Shown here in pieces: positions 51,064 through 64,000 of a stretch of 64,000 bases of DNA (within the stretch, counting starts at the first letter, position 1; the number at the start of each line of letters is the position of its first letter). The notes under the pieces are model-generated. The model did no database searches, had not been told where the DNA came from, and saw only the letters and a program-made list of their open reading frames with translations. The stretch is from Ylistrum balloti (Eukaryota). A program made the position numbers and the translations under genes. The DNA is taken from contig NW_026782221.1 of assembly GCF_031769215.1 (NCBI RefSeq), positions 186,001-250,000 of the forward strand, given 5' to 3'.

Positions 51064-52373
51064 ATCAATATTTTCTTTATGATAAATGTACATGTGAAGT
51101 TGTGATGTTAATCCTTGTGAATAGGGCATAATATTTACAACGTTTTTTTGTTTTAGATGTAAGTGAGATATTGTACAATTTATAAATTTTAATCTGACTC
51201 CATGATACAACTCCTGCTTTTTTAACATATTGATGGTATGTGGTGTACTCTGCAATCAACAGATACATGTAACCTATGTTTGTATCAATAGGTATATTTT
51301 TGATTTAGGAATATATACAAAACTGCATACATATATAGTAACTTTAGCTTAATTGAAAATACGATGGTCACATGCAGGATGAGATGAGATACCAGTTTTA
51401 AGAAATATATAGAGTGTAGTGAAAAAAAATTGAATAAAGTCTTACGATAGTTTAAATTAGCAGTCTTGCGATTAACTTTCTAAATCTTTCTCTGACTTGG
51501 AATGTAATACCTTGCTAAAATAATTATTTATCCTGAATCATTTCATGCCTTGCATTGAAAGATCAGGGACATATTTTTTTTTTTGTGAGCACTGTTTGTC
51601 TTTTGTCAACATTAACTTGGCCCATAACTATTGCAATGTAAGAGGTAGGGCTTTCATATAATTTTGACCATGACTGTGACCTTTGACATATAATTGAAAA
51701 ACTTAAAACATTGGCCTTAACTGTATCACTGTTAGGAGATAGGCTTTAATATTTGACAGAGGTACACCCCTTGAACTTAGAAAATTTCCGATAATTCACA
51801 GTTTCTGTTCATTGCTGCGGGTGCACATATTGAAAATTTGCAATGTTTCCCTCATTATCTGAGTATACAAGCATATTTTGTGTGGAAGGGTGAATTCAGA
51901 TCTCGGTGAAGACAAGTGTTTCACAAAGGGTGTATGCAATTAGCATATGTCTTACACAGTACATTTTTTATGTTCCACTCCAGAAGTTTTGTACATCTTG
52001 GGGCAGTGTTTCATAAACACATTTTTTTTTTTGGTTTGTTTTTGTATTGGTGCATGTCTGAAACATGATTAGACAGTTTTATACTTTGTTTTATAATGAA
52101 AACTTAGGTTCAAATGTGATCAATGTATACCTTTTGCATGTTGGTACAAAATTACAATAGAAATATGGGAAACCCACATGTATTAAAACGTTTATATCTT
52201 TCAAAGAAAGATAATTTACCATCGTGTTATTCAAATATACTTTATTGAATTCAATAGAGAAAATGTCTTTTAACTTTAGTCATTTTTAAATAGAACGAGA
52301 GTATTATAGCCCTTTACTGTAAATATAACATTCATGACAAGTTTTTGAAAAATTAAAAAGAAGAGGTCCAACA

Positions 52374-53032
52374 CCTGAGCAAGGTGATATATTCTACTTT
52401 CTTCTACAGCTAATTGCTGACATAATTCGGCCTTAAAAACTATCATTCGTATTAGGGGTATGTGTAGAGTAATAATTGAAGACAACGCTATGAGGACAAG
52501 CTAAAGAGTTCAAACAAAAAATGGTTTATGAAGGAAGATCCTGGAGAAAGAAATGTCTTGGCATCAGAAAATTTTTAGGGCTTCCTTTTATTTCAGAAAC
52601 TCTTAGGTTATGTTCAGCTGAAGAAGGATATTAAGACAAGGTAGACAGGTAGATGATAAAGTGTGTAGAAAGTGGTGGAGTTGATTTTAATTTCTTACAG
52701 CTATGCAACTTTGGGCAATATCCAATGATCCAACTCATCTTGTTGAATGAAAGTTTATAAAATAATATTTCTTTGAGTATCACATGCTGCCCTTGGAGAG
52801 TGAAGAGTTAAATAGAGTTGGTTCAACATCCATGTAATAAATGTATGAGGCTTGGAATGTGATAGTATAGATCCTTATGAAGAAGTGGTTTTCATTTCAT
52901 CTGGGGCTTGGAGAAGTTCTTGTCACTATATGAACATCATGTAAGCAATGCCCTGATGATGGCTTGCTTTTAAAGCTGCATCATGTCAGTAACTTGCTGT
53001 AGAAGAAAGTAGAAAAGATCACCTTGCTCAAG
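52374..53032. repeat. 50-bp imperfect inverted repeat pair (52374-52423 / 52983-53032)
   Basis: 44/50 identical after reverse complement; no TSD seen. Confidence 0.7.
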
Positions 53033-53869
53033 TGATGGAGTTTTTTTTTTTTAATTTTTAAATTGTTACATTTACAGTAATGGGCTTATTCAGTAGTTTA
53101 CCACTTTTTTTTAGAAACCCCTATATACCACTAGGTATCTTCCTGAAGTCTAGAAGATGAACCTCCATACACATCTGAATTTAGCAGGATGTTGGTTCTT
53201 TGGAAATATCTCCAATTGGAGATTTTTCTTGTCTTAGTTATCAATACATGTTTCCAAATTATTGTGACATTCTATCATCTTTTTTTTTACATTGGTGTCA
53301 ATAGATTTCAGAATAAGTCAGTATTATTTGATACAACAAAATCAAAACTGATTTCAAAATGTTTTCCCTTTTTCTGTTCATGCTGAACAGGCTAATATTA
53401 TCATTGATATATTTGCATTTCAAATGTTCACATATTGTCATATACTCTGAATGCTAGAAGCTTTTTTATTAGTAATACTATATGTCAAATTCACATGGAG
53501 AGTAGATGATGGATTCTCTAATAGATGTAGATAGTATAACATAATATATTTATTTATTACAAGTTCATTGTTTTCTTTACAATTTAGTTATATGTGTTCT
53601 GGAGTATTAATGTATTTGGTTATAATGATTCATAATTTAAGATCTCTTCATTAACTTACATGTACCATCTAAGTAGGAATATTTTACAAGTTTTTATCCT
53701 TAAGGCAAGTTGGAAGATTGTAGAATTATCAACATTCATGTACAGTATAGTTTCAGATTTTGTTTTTAAAGACACACTTTGTCAATTTCTTGTGACTGAT
53801 TTTTCTACTATGTTTCTAGCTGACCATGGACTGTGGTCCGTGTTCCATGGTTCATCATCAGTCCTTAAA

Positions 53870-54810
53870 CACTTCTCGTTATCACTATTTCCCGGGAAGT
53901 TCACGTACGGGATAAATCTCCTCAAATGTAAAATGAAGGTTTCCCTATGGTCCCTAGTTGTAACGTTTTGATTTTGGAACTGATCAGGAAAACAGAATGG
54001 GTGACTGGTGGCCATGTTTGATTTTGGACAATGGAAGTTTGTTTGTTATCACCTTTTCTTAGGAAATACTACATAAACATCAATGTTTTTTCTCCAGTTT
54101 CATATGTATGCTCCCCTTGGTTTCTAGTTTGTTCTTTTGATTTCGATTGTGGAAATACTGATTAGCTGACACAAGGCCATGTTGGATTTTTACTATGAAA
54201 GTTTTTCATATCTATTTCTTGAAAAAAACGGGATTATGGAACTTGCTCAAATGTCACATGGTTGTTGCCCTTGGTCCCTAGTTGTGCCCTTCATATTTTC
54301 GGACAGATCAGAGAAGCACAATAGCTGATAGGTGGCTCTCTTGGATTTTGACTATGAAAATTTGTTATCACTATTTTTGTTAAGAGAAACTTCTTGCATA
54401 TTTTTCAAATTTCCTAGGTACATTCTCCATTGTCCCTAGTTGTGCCTTGTTGATGTTTTTGAGTGGTCAGAAAAGCAAAATGGTTGACCAGTGGCTTACT
54501 TAGATTTTGACTTTGAAAGTTTATTATCACTATTTCTTGAAAAAACCTGGATGGATCTTTCACAAAACCTAAATGTAGGTTACCCTTGGTCCATACTTGT
54601 ACCCTTCTGATTTTGGAACTTGCTGGACAGTAAAATGACTGTAGTCATCTTGGATTTTGAAAGCTAAAGATTATTATTGCTTCTTCTTATGGTAAATTAT
54701 CAAATTTCATTTAATGAAAAGCAAATAAAAGGAAAGAAGAGAAAAAATAGGGAAAAACTCCAACATTTGATGGAAAACACCAAGGTCTTTGTGAGATCTC
54801 TTGTATAAAC
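53870..54810 (+). mobile_element. Helentron/HINE-like element with ~5 diverged ~155-170-bp internal tandem repeats
   Basis: ggtccctagttgt...ttggattttgactatgaaa...ttatcactatttcttg recurs near 53950, 54120, 54270, 54430 and 54590; weak terminal hairpin aggtct-ttgtg-agatct near 54785. Class is inferred from architecture. Confidence 0.45.
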
Positions 54811-55489
54811 TAGAAATCTAAGATAACCAGGAGGAACACAAGGTCAAACTGCTGACAACTTATATGGATATATTCTTATAATGTTACATGTATATTAAAT
54901 AAATATTTGATGTAGACCTAAATATAGGAAAACTGCATGTTTTTATATTGGGACCAATCATATAATAAGAAATAAAGCTTTTAACCAGAACTGAATACAA
55001 GATTTTATGTAGGTCCACTTGTGTGTGTATATATATTATTGAGACCATTCATAAGATAATAAATCCAGATTTTAACCAGATTTGAATTCCAGATCTAATG
55101 TAGATCAACTTTCTTTATTTTTTTATAATCATATATATCAATTACATTAAAAACTTAAGAGTTACATAAGTTAATTTCAAATATACATATATACAGAGCA
55201 TATATTGTTGATTCTTTAAAGGTGTATTTTTCAGGGCATTGTTTTGTGTAAAGATGATGAAGAAAGTACATTTTTGTAATACATAAACTTATGTCTAGAT
55301 ATGATCAGTGATTATTAGATAGAAGCATTTGAAATTTATTCTTTGTTAGATTTTGAAGGAAATACTTATTTATGGTAATGTACATTGAATGTTTTGTGCA
55401 CCAAAAATATAGAATTCCTGTACCTGACAGTGTTTCTTTTACTAAGACAAGGCTTCTGTATCAGGCATAGATTTTCTTAACCCATATCA

Positions 55490-56775
55490 CATTTCTGTAC
55501 CCAAGAGAGTGTTGTGTACCTCACAGACTAGCATTTCTGTACCCATTGTAGCATTTCTGTACCCAGTGTAATGTTTTTGTACCTCACAGACTGTAGCGTT
55601 TCTGTACCCAGTGTAGCGTTTCTGTACCCAGTGTAGTGTTTTTGTACCTCACAGACTGTAGCGTTTCTGTACCTCACAGACTGTAATGTTTCTGTACCCA
55701 GTGTAGTGTTTCTGTACCCAGTGTAGCGTTTCTGTACCTCACAGACTGTAGTGTTTTGTACCTCACAGACTGTAGCGTTTCTGTACCTCACAGACTGTAA
55801 TGTTTCTGTACCCAGTGTAGTGTTTCTGTACCCAGTGTAGCGTTTCTGTACCTCACAGACTGTAGTGTTTTGTACCTCACAGACTGTAGTGTTTCTGTAC
55901 CTAACAGACTGAAGCGTTTCTGTACCTCGCAGACTGTAGCGTTTGTGTACCCAGTGTAGTGTTTGTGTACCCAGTGTAGTGTTTCTGTACCCATTGTAGT
56001 GTTTCTGTACCCAGTGTAGTGTTTTTGTACCTCACAGACTGTAGCGTTTCTGTACCCAGTGTAGTGTTTCTGTACCCAGTGTAGCGTTTCTGTACCTCAC
56101 AGTCTGTAGCATTTCTGTACCCAGTGTAGTGTTTTTGTACCTCACAGACTGTAGCGTTTCTGTACCCAGTGTAGCGTTTCTGTACCCAGTGTAGTGTTTT
56201 TGTACCTCACAGACTGTAGCGTTTCTGTACCCAGTGTAGTGTTTCTGTACCCAGTGTAGTGTTTCTGTACCCAGTGTAGCGTTTCTGTACCTCACAGTCT
56301 GTAGCGTTTCTGTACCCAGTGTAGTGTTTTTGTACCTCACAGACTGTAGCGTTGCTGTACTCACTGTAGCGTTGCTGTGCTCACTGTAGTGTTTCTGTAC
56401 CTCACAGACTGTAGCGTTTCTGTACTCACTGTAGCGTTGCTGTACTCACTGTAGCGTTGCTGTACTCACTGTAGCGTTTCTGTACCTCACAGACTGTAGC
56501 GTTTCTGTACCTCACAGACTGTAGCGTTTCTGTACTCACTGTAGCGTTGCTGTACTCACTGTAGCGTTGCTGTGCTCACTGTAGTGTTTCTGTACCTCAC
56601 AGACTGTAGCGTTGCTGTACTCACTCTAGCGTTGCTGTGCTCACTGTAGCGTTGCTGTACCTCACAGACTGTAGCGTTTCTGTACCTCACAGACTGTAGC
56701 GTTGCTGTACTCACTGTAGCGTTTCTGTACCTCACAGACTGTAGCGTTGCTGTACTCACTGTAGTGTTTTTGTAA
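55490..56775. repeat. Composite minisatellite of 20- and 25-bp monomers (gtagtgtttctgtacccagt, gtagcgttgctgtactcact, gtagcgtttctgtacctcacagact)
   Basis: Direct reading; degenerate copies continue to ~57230. Confidence 0.95.
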
Positions 56776-57714
56776 CTTTTATACATGTAGTATTGCTGAA
56801 CCTTCCATAATGTTCCTGTACTTAACATTGTGACCCAGCATATTGTTTCTGTACCTAAAGTTGTGTTTCTGTACTGTATGTAACACTTCTGTCTTTTCAA
56901 CTGGTGTTTCTGTACCTGACACATTTAGCATTCCTGATTCTTACATTGAGTTCCAATACTTAGTTTGGTGCTTCTGTGACATATACATGTATGCAGACTT
57001 TCTATCTCAGGCATCTGGACTTTCTGTATCAAATATAGCGTTTCTGTACCCAGCATATATACAGTGTATTGTCCCCAATATCTGACTTCTGCACCTGACG
57101 TAGCCATTTAGTATCTATGTACATCTGTAGCGTTGCTTTGTACCTGATATAGTATTTCTGTGTCTGACAGCGTTTCTTTGTCTGACAGCGTTTCTGTGTC
57201 TGACAACGTTTCTGTATCTGTGTCGTCTAGATCACTGCCATTCCAAAACCTAATTATTCTCATTAAGAATTATGAGACGTGTAGAATTTGTACGATGACT
57301 GTAGAAAATTTTATCACTGATAAGGAGGTTTATAAAAAGAAATTTGTGGAATGTATACTAATTTCTGCCAGAAATTGGGAAAATGTTGCATATACATTTG
57401 TTACAACATGTATTCACTAAAAGTTGGTTACGTTTTTGTTTTGTTTTTGTTTTACAATTCCGCAATATATAGTATGCCATAAGATAGCAGACAGCTTCGT
57501 GTTGTTAGATACATATGTAACTTTATTTATAAAATCTGCTGGAATTTATTATTCTTAAAAAAATATATATGTGTGTTTGATATGTACATTGTTCCCTTAC
57601 AAAATAATTATGGATATCTTATAGGTCAACAATAAAATGCTTTAAGTTTTTTTTGTGATCACTTGATGTGTGTGTGTTTGTTTGCTTTTTATTTTACTTT
57701 TTTTTTGCTCATAT

Positions 57715-58350
57715 AGTCGCCACTTTGTCTATCCATCTGTCTTTCTGTCCGTCCTTTCATGTCCGAAACATAACTGTTCTAACAGGTTAGCAAGGTTCGT
57801 GAAAATTGTTGTATACATTGGTCTTACAATGACGATGTGCAGTGTGCCTAATTCAGGGTCCACGATCCCTCAGACACAAAGTTATTGCCCTTTATTAAAA
57901 TTTCGTGTCTGGAGCATAACTTGATTTGCATTTAAATCAGAATATTGAAACTTGGGTTTATACTTGGTCATATTAATAGGATGTGCAGTGTACACAATTC
58001 AGGGTCTGCAATTTCTTAATTCTTAAAAGTCGGTGCCGATTGTTCAAATTTCCGTGGCATAATTTTGTTTTGCTTATAACTAGGTGTATACTTTGGTTAT
58101 GCGAAGAGGATGTGTACAGTACGGAATTCAGTGCCTGAACCACTTAATTACAGAATTATTGCCCTTAGTTAAATTTCTGAGTTCATTGAAGTTTCAGATA
58201 CTCGTTTGATTTTTTGTGATTATTTGATTTGTGGAATATTTTGATATACAGAAAAGACAAGATGAAAACAAGACAGACTAAAACGGAGGCCGTGTGGTTA
58301 TATCCCCATGGCGTAATTTTATATCTACCGTGCTTTATCCTACTTCTGTT
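57715..58350 (+). mobile_element. Possible second HINE-like element
   Basis: GTCC/GTCT microsatellite-like head (ctgtctttctgtccgtcc), followed by three diverged ~130-145-bp repeats containing gatgtgcagtgt...aattcagggtc. Confidence 0.35.
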
Positions 58351-58963
58351 TTTGTGTGCAGCAGTTGATCGACATTTTAGGGCTTGTCCCTGGTATCATG
58401 ATTTTCCCCGATACAGATAAATGTCGCGTTGACTGGCGACGGGGGAATATCCCTCAACCCAGTATTTCGAGAACTGCAAGTTGTAGAAGCTTAGGAAATG
58501 TTTTAAAGTTCCTTGCGTTCCTTGTGTGATATGACCTAATAATCTGTGTACGATATTTGTCATGATGTCTGGCTGTGTCGTTATTACCGAGCTCTGAGAG
58601 AAGATGACATAGATCTAGATTTAGATTACCCGAGGGTGAAGTCCATTTCTCCTCAGTAAAGTATCATTCTGTTGATATTTTGCCATTGATTCATTTTGAA
58701 TCAATAAAAAAATGAATAAATAAAAACAAAATATTGGTTACATTATTTACACACTGTATTTAAAACAAAACCTGCCAGATAAAGATATACGACAGAAGTT
58801 TCCTGTATTTTTGTGGAATTTGGCGAAACGTCTGCTGGCGTTCTGTCTAGGCACTACTTCTATACGGCTTTGATGTACTTTATCAATTAAAGACATTGTC
58901 TAGATCTTTTGTGATTTCACCTTTCACTGATTTGGCTCCTCTGTATCATATCCACGGGTAAAC

Positions 58964-61900
58964 CTAAATTTTAGCCATCGGATTCATCAGTACCTGTAAC
59001 AAACGTGGTTTATAAAAGTGTAAGGATTTCTTAAATGAAAAATGTGTGGCACGTTTCATAAACTACGTTAGAAATGGGGACATATATGAGATTCTTTTTA
59101 TCTTCTGATGATTATTTTGGTAAACATTACTGAAAACACTAGTTCGTGTCACGCTGACCGTCACAATAGGCTGTATTACACAATACAATACACAAAAATA
59201 TTACATATTCGCTAAATATAACAGGAATCATGTGATAAATATAGGGTCTGAATGTGCTTTCATGTCTGTTTCTGTTTTTTTTTTTTTTTTGTTTTTTTTT
59301 TGATGGCGCACCGGTATGTTACAAGGCTAGCCATAATTAAAACTTCGGGACAAGTTACATAAAATCTCATATGACATGGAAACATATTGAAGGTATTTTT
59401 TTCGCATAACTCAGAGCAGATACACTTTTAAACTTAAAAATGTGTAGAACAGAATCAATTTGGGGGCAACAATTTTCCTGTGCCATTCTTAATAACGTCA
59501 TTGTCCATATTATGACATCACAATCGCTTTTTGACTGGCACAGCCAATGAAAAACAATCCAGGGTACGTTACACAAGTGACATACATGTAAACATATTAC
59601 TGGACTGGATAACAGGCTAAAATGTAAAAACACCGAGAGACACGTGATGATTGGAATCAGTCATACCTGTTCACATACCTATCTATCATTGTGTGTTTAA
59701 TAACAATAATATAATTATGGTAATTTGAGATAAATTTAAGCAATTTACACCTGAAAACAGCTGAAAACAAATCAAGTTTTCACTTATTACCAAGTCGATC
59801 GAATACCTTTGGGCTGGACAAGGTAGCTTAACTTCATGATAACGGAAGTCAAACATTAAAAAGCTGCTAAAATCGCATGTAGAAGAAAATACTGATTTTG
59901 TATACAAAAGAAACGATAAATATAATTAATAAAAACAAGGAATTTAAAGATAACAAGTATCTGTAAATGAAGAGTATTTCTTATGTAGCTATATATGTAT
60001 CGTTACTATGACGATAATATATACATCGACTACTATCGACTTACTGTTTTGACCTCTGTATATTGTTGAAGTCCGTATTCTCCCCTGAAATGTACGAGAT
60101 CAAATACATCATGAATGAGCAGAAGTGGCGAGACGGTCAACAAGGAGTGCCGAAAAAAACTCGACAACTCTAAAATAATAGATAAAATGTAACTTTATTT
60201 TACAACAATGGCGAAATAGTAAAGTCACACCTTCATATATGTAGATCTATTTTCTAAGATTTCTTACATTGTTAACAATAGTCATATATATGGCAGTTAA
60301 CATCTTTTTTTACTTGTGATGCAGAAATATACAAGATGTTGTTACATATTGAGTCATTCGTCATTAGCCCCTGTGTTTGATTATATCAACATATAATCAT
60401 TTTGCATTTAACGCAGATTTACTTACAATTCTCGCCCTATTCCCGACATTTTGAACCCACCAAATGGACTTTGTGGACAAATGACATTATAGGCATTCAC
60501 CCTGAAAAATAAAATCTCCTTGAAGGATTCTTCTAGAGACGTTCTTGGAATAAAAAATATAGACATGATGTGAAGCCCAAAGGAGGAATAGTTAAATACA
60601 AAATGTATTATTACATGGGAAATTCAATATTTCCTTATATCAATCAGTATGAAAAGTCGGAATATTGGCTAGTGTTAATAGAACATGAAGTACAAGTGTT
60701 TTATTCCATTGATGAAATTTTGCGATTTTACGGGAATCATGGAATTTAGGTGCTTTCCCCATTGGCTAACAGTTAAAATAGTTTGAAATCAACAATATTT
60801 AAAAGTATTCTAAACCTTGTTAGTTGTCAAAGGAACTTGGACGTGACATACAGAGTTACACACCGAATTCCACAAAAATAGAATTTCAAAGGATTTGAAC
60901 GGTATCGTGACACATGGACACTAACACGTTTCACAATGAGCTTGTGGATATTTGGCGAGCCACCATTCTATAATCAATGTAAGTATCCTTTCGTTTTCTA
61001 GGAGTTGTGACCTTGGTGACTTTATTTGAACTTACCACACAGATCCAGCCTTTACATTATTACTAAAGGTTATTGCCTTCTCAAGGTCGTTTGTGAATAT
61101 GGCAGCAGCCAGTCCATATGCTGTGTTGTTGGCTTTCTCAATCAAGTCCTCCATGTCCTTAAATTTTATTATTTGCTGAACAGGCCCGAAAATCTGAATC
61201 CAATGAAAGAGAAGATTTTTTTAAGACTCGACAAAAATACCCAACCACACTTAAATGGAACAAAAGTTATTTGTACTGTTTGTATTTTCAAAACATCCTT
61301 CTAAAGCATCGTGTCAGTGTAACTTTTGATTGGAGTTCTGTTGAAAATAGTCTCGGTTGCGTCATGTATGGTTAGATATGAGCTTATTTGTCATGTTGAT
61401 CAATGGTATTTTACATGTATGTTACAAAATCCAAACTAAAAGGATGACGTCATTTTAGAGTATATAATGATTGGATATTGGTTGTCGGGTATTTAAAAAC
61501 GTATACATTTAGTTACGTAATGCCATTTTACCAATCGATATTGCAAGATGATATAATTAAAACTGTATTTAGATAGGATATGCATAAAGTAGATTGTACA
61601 AGACTCATAAGTGGACAGCACCATTTCAAACAAATAAAGAAAACTGAACCTCACTAATTGTTTCGTCTTCTAGGAGTCGTTAGTGACGGTAAAAGTCTTA
61701 ATGTTAAACCTAGGAGGCGACTGAGGGAAAATCAAAAGTGCCACTATTTGAATGACTGAAAACGTGGCATGCAAGTTACAGTAAACCTCGAAGACTCATA
61801 TTTCACCAGCAGTGTCTACCACCTGCTATTTCAAAGATTATTCAAAAGACACACACGTGAATAGCACGCTTTAATATAAACAGTATTATACAGCTATTTC

Positions 61901-63906
61901 GTCCTTCTAGATATTATGTCTTGATATAGGTACACTTTATATAACATAGTAAGATTGGCGCTGAAACATTTGATAACTCAGTGTGAAAAAAATGTCTAAA
62001 AAATGAATATACCAATATTGCTAAGCTATGCTAGCTAATATCACTCGAACGTTACACCGCGGGAGTATTACAAAGACAATGTGTTCAAAGTGAAGGAACA
62101 CTTCTGGGGTAACTTTAAGATGAAAGACTATTATCTGTGAAATTTCACTGTTCAATATTCAAGTACATAACAGTAATTTTTTCTTAACTGTCATCTCAGA
62201 TTAAAGTCTATCACAATAACCAAAATCTGTATCTCGGATTTTCAACACAACTGTATTGTCAGTTAGATGATTATAAAACAGGAGAATATATGTGTTATGG
62301 TTATTATTTTAAAGGTATGATGTGCATTCAGAAAAGGTTTGACATATCTGTATCAATTATTCCGATAAATCAACATTGTAATACGTGTTATAGATTACGG
62401 CCAAGGACCATTATTACCGCAGTTATGTGACAACAATTGTAAGATCGTACAGAGGCCCCAAACCAACTTTTCTTGACGACATAGAAATTCATAAACATAA
62501 TTAGTTCTGCCATATGTTTTTGTTTAATGCAGTGTTAATCTTGACATTTATCACCACGATGTATGCCGTGGTTTGAATGAACAAGTACATTTTTTTTAAT
62601 TCAGAGTTTTACTTGGTACTCGATTTCAAGTAATGTCTGCCTTATCAATTGGTATCAAGAACTGTATTTCAGTTAGTGGTGAAATATAATTAGTTACAAG
62701 ACGATGTATTTATTAAACCTTACAATGTGCTCAACATGACAGGATCGGAGCTGATTTCCCCTGTCTCGTTGTATTTTATACGAACCTCCTCCCTGCCGAT
62801 GGTCATGTTTTCTGTGACCCCCGAGAACACTGTTGGCTCTATGAAGTAGCCTTTGCCTTTGATTGCTTTCCCACCACATTCCAATTTGGCACCTTCTTTT
62901 TCTCCGATTTTGATAAGCGACAAGATCTTCTTGAACTGTGTTTCGTCAATCTGAATCATGTTGAGCAATGACAAAATGACAACCATTAATAGAAATGCTT
63001 TTGTCCACAGAATTTTAGTGGTATTGTACACCAAATAGTGGTCAGTTAAAACCAAAACAGCGATATACCTGTGGTCCTGACTCAAATTGTGGATCAAACG
63101 GATCTCCAACAGATCGGGCTTTAGCTCTGTTGACAAGCCTGTCCTTGAAATCCTCATAGATCTCTTCCTGGACATAGGTTCTCGACCCTGCTGTGCAGCA
63201 TTGGCCTTGATTGTAAAACAACGCTTGGTGGGACATCTCTGCTGCAAAGTCCACTGAAAAAAGACATCAACAGTGGTAATCATTCTACAAAGAGGTAGGG
63301 GTATATGAGATGTATACTAACTGCCCTTTAGAAGATACCTTACACAAGAAGTAGTTCAATGGTTATGCACATGGTCCTCATTCCTCTAGGACAAATATGT
63401 TAAAACGACCCCCTGGTAACAATAGAATAATGGTAATAATATGAAGTACATCATATTGACATATTGGATTGAGAACTTCAGCATGATATTGCTTTCAGAA
63501 AATCTGGAAATCTGAAATCTGGATTTTCTCAGGAAATTTAATTCTTGTATACTAAATCACTGCTTACAGTTTGCATCTGCGAAAATAACGTTGGGACTTT
63601 TGCCTCCGAGCTCCAATGTAACTCTCTTCAGATTGGAATCGGCAGCAGCCTTCATAATGAGTTTTCCGACCTGCAATGTAAATTGATCTTGATTGTAAAA
63701 GTAAACCAAACTATGTGTAAACTTGTATTAAAGTTCACCATGAGTTAATATTTATCACCTATAACTTACTCGTCATAATACAATATACCCACCTCCGTAG
63801 AACCAGTGAATGCGACTTTGTTAATGCCCGTGTGACTCGAGATGGCAGCACCGGCGGTCGGACCATATCCGGCAACTATATTGACAACCCCTGGCGGAAA
63901 ACCAGC
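58964..63906 (-). CDS. ALDH1A: Aldehyde dehydrogenase, ALDH1A/ALDH2 family (ALDH1A/retinal dehydrogenase-like residues), 3' portion; 5' exons lie beyond the window
   Basis: Exons 63906-63793, 63670-63568, 63253-63069, 62950-62786, 61193-61036, 60501-60427, 60084-60045, all GT-AG and frame-compatible. Motifs [17 protein letters not shown] (catalytic Glu), [11 protein letters not shown] (catalytic Cys), [16 protein letters not shown]. The last exon is uncertain: either 58993-58964 (VLMNPMAKI*) or read-through to a stop at 60033. Confidence 0.93.
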
Positions 63907-64000
63907 CTGCATGCAAATATTCATAAAGTTACTAATATATATTTTACTATAATTAGAAGCGAACATGACACAGATAATTTTGTCGTGTAAATTAGAAGTC

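Noticed and set aside
55528-56924. Thr/Gln-rich ORFs on the minus strand
   Set aside because: Minisatellite-derived.
62720-63283. 187-aa ORF as a standalone ALDH-related protein
   Set aside because: Only 62950-62786 is a real exon; the rest is intron or another exon read in the wrong frame.

Overview
AT-rich, intron-rich animal genomic DNA; the repeat types and gene set suggest a mollusc, probably a bivalve (inference). Six host genes are supported. Three are multi-exon genes reconstructed by hand from splice sites and frame continuity: a 10-exon glucose-6-phosphate 1-epimerase (+, 10787-19030), a 5-exon PMF1/Nnf1 kinetochore gene (-, 43354-49140) and the 3' half of an ALDH1A-like aldehyde dehydrogenase (-, from about 59-60 kb to beyond the window end). 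Three have single coding exons and belong to the LicD/fukutin family: two short LicD paralogues (-, 25039-25860 and 36537-37700) and FKRP (+, 49441-51063), which lies head-to-head with PMF1. The first 10 kb is a transposon nest: a Tc1 5' half; a deleted SWIM-finger DNA transposon inside a ~636-bp inverted repeat whose outer part copies the flanking CR1 remnant; and an intact two-ORF non-LTR retrotransposon (RTE-X-like) inserted into that CR1 remnant. Eight unrelated minisatellite arrays cover about 15 kb; one is built from a splice acceptor. MITEs, a SINE and Helentron-like repeats are also present. The best leads are the FKRP+LicD cluster, the outward-extended inverted repeat and the acceptor-derived minisatellite. 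No database searches were possible; family calls rest on motifs read in the sequence.
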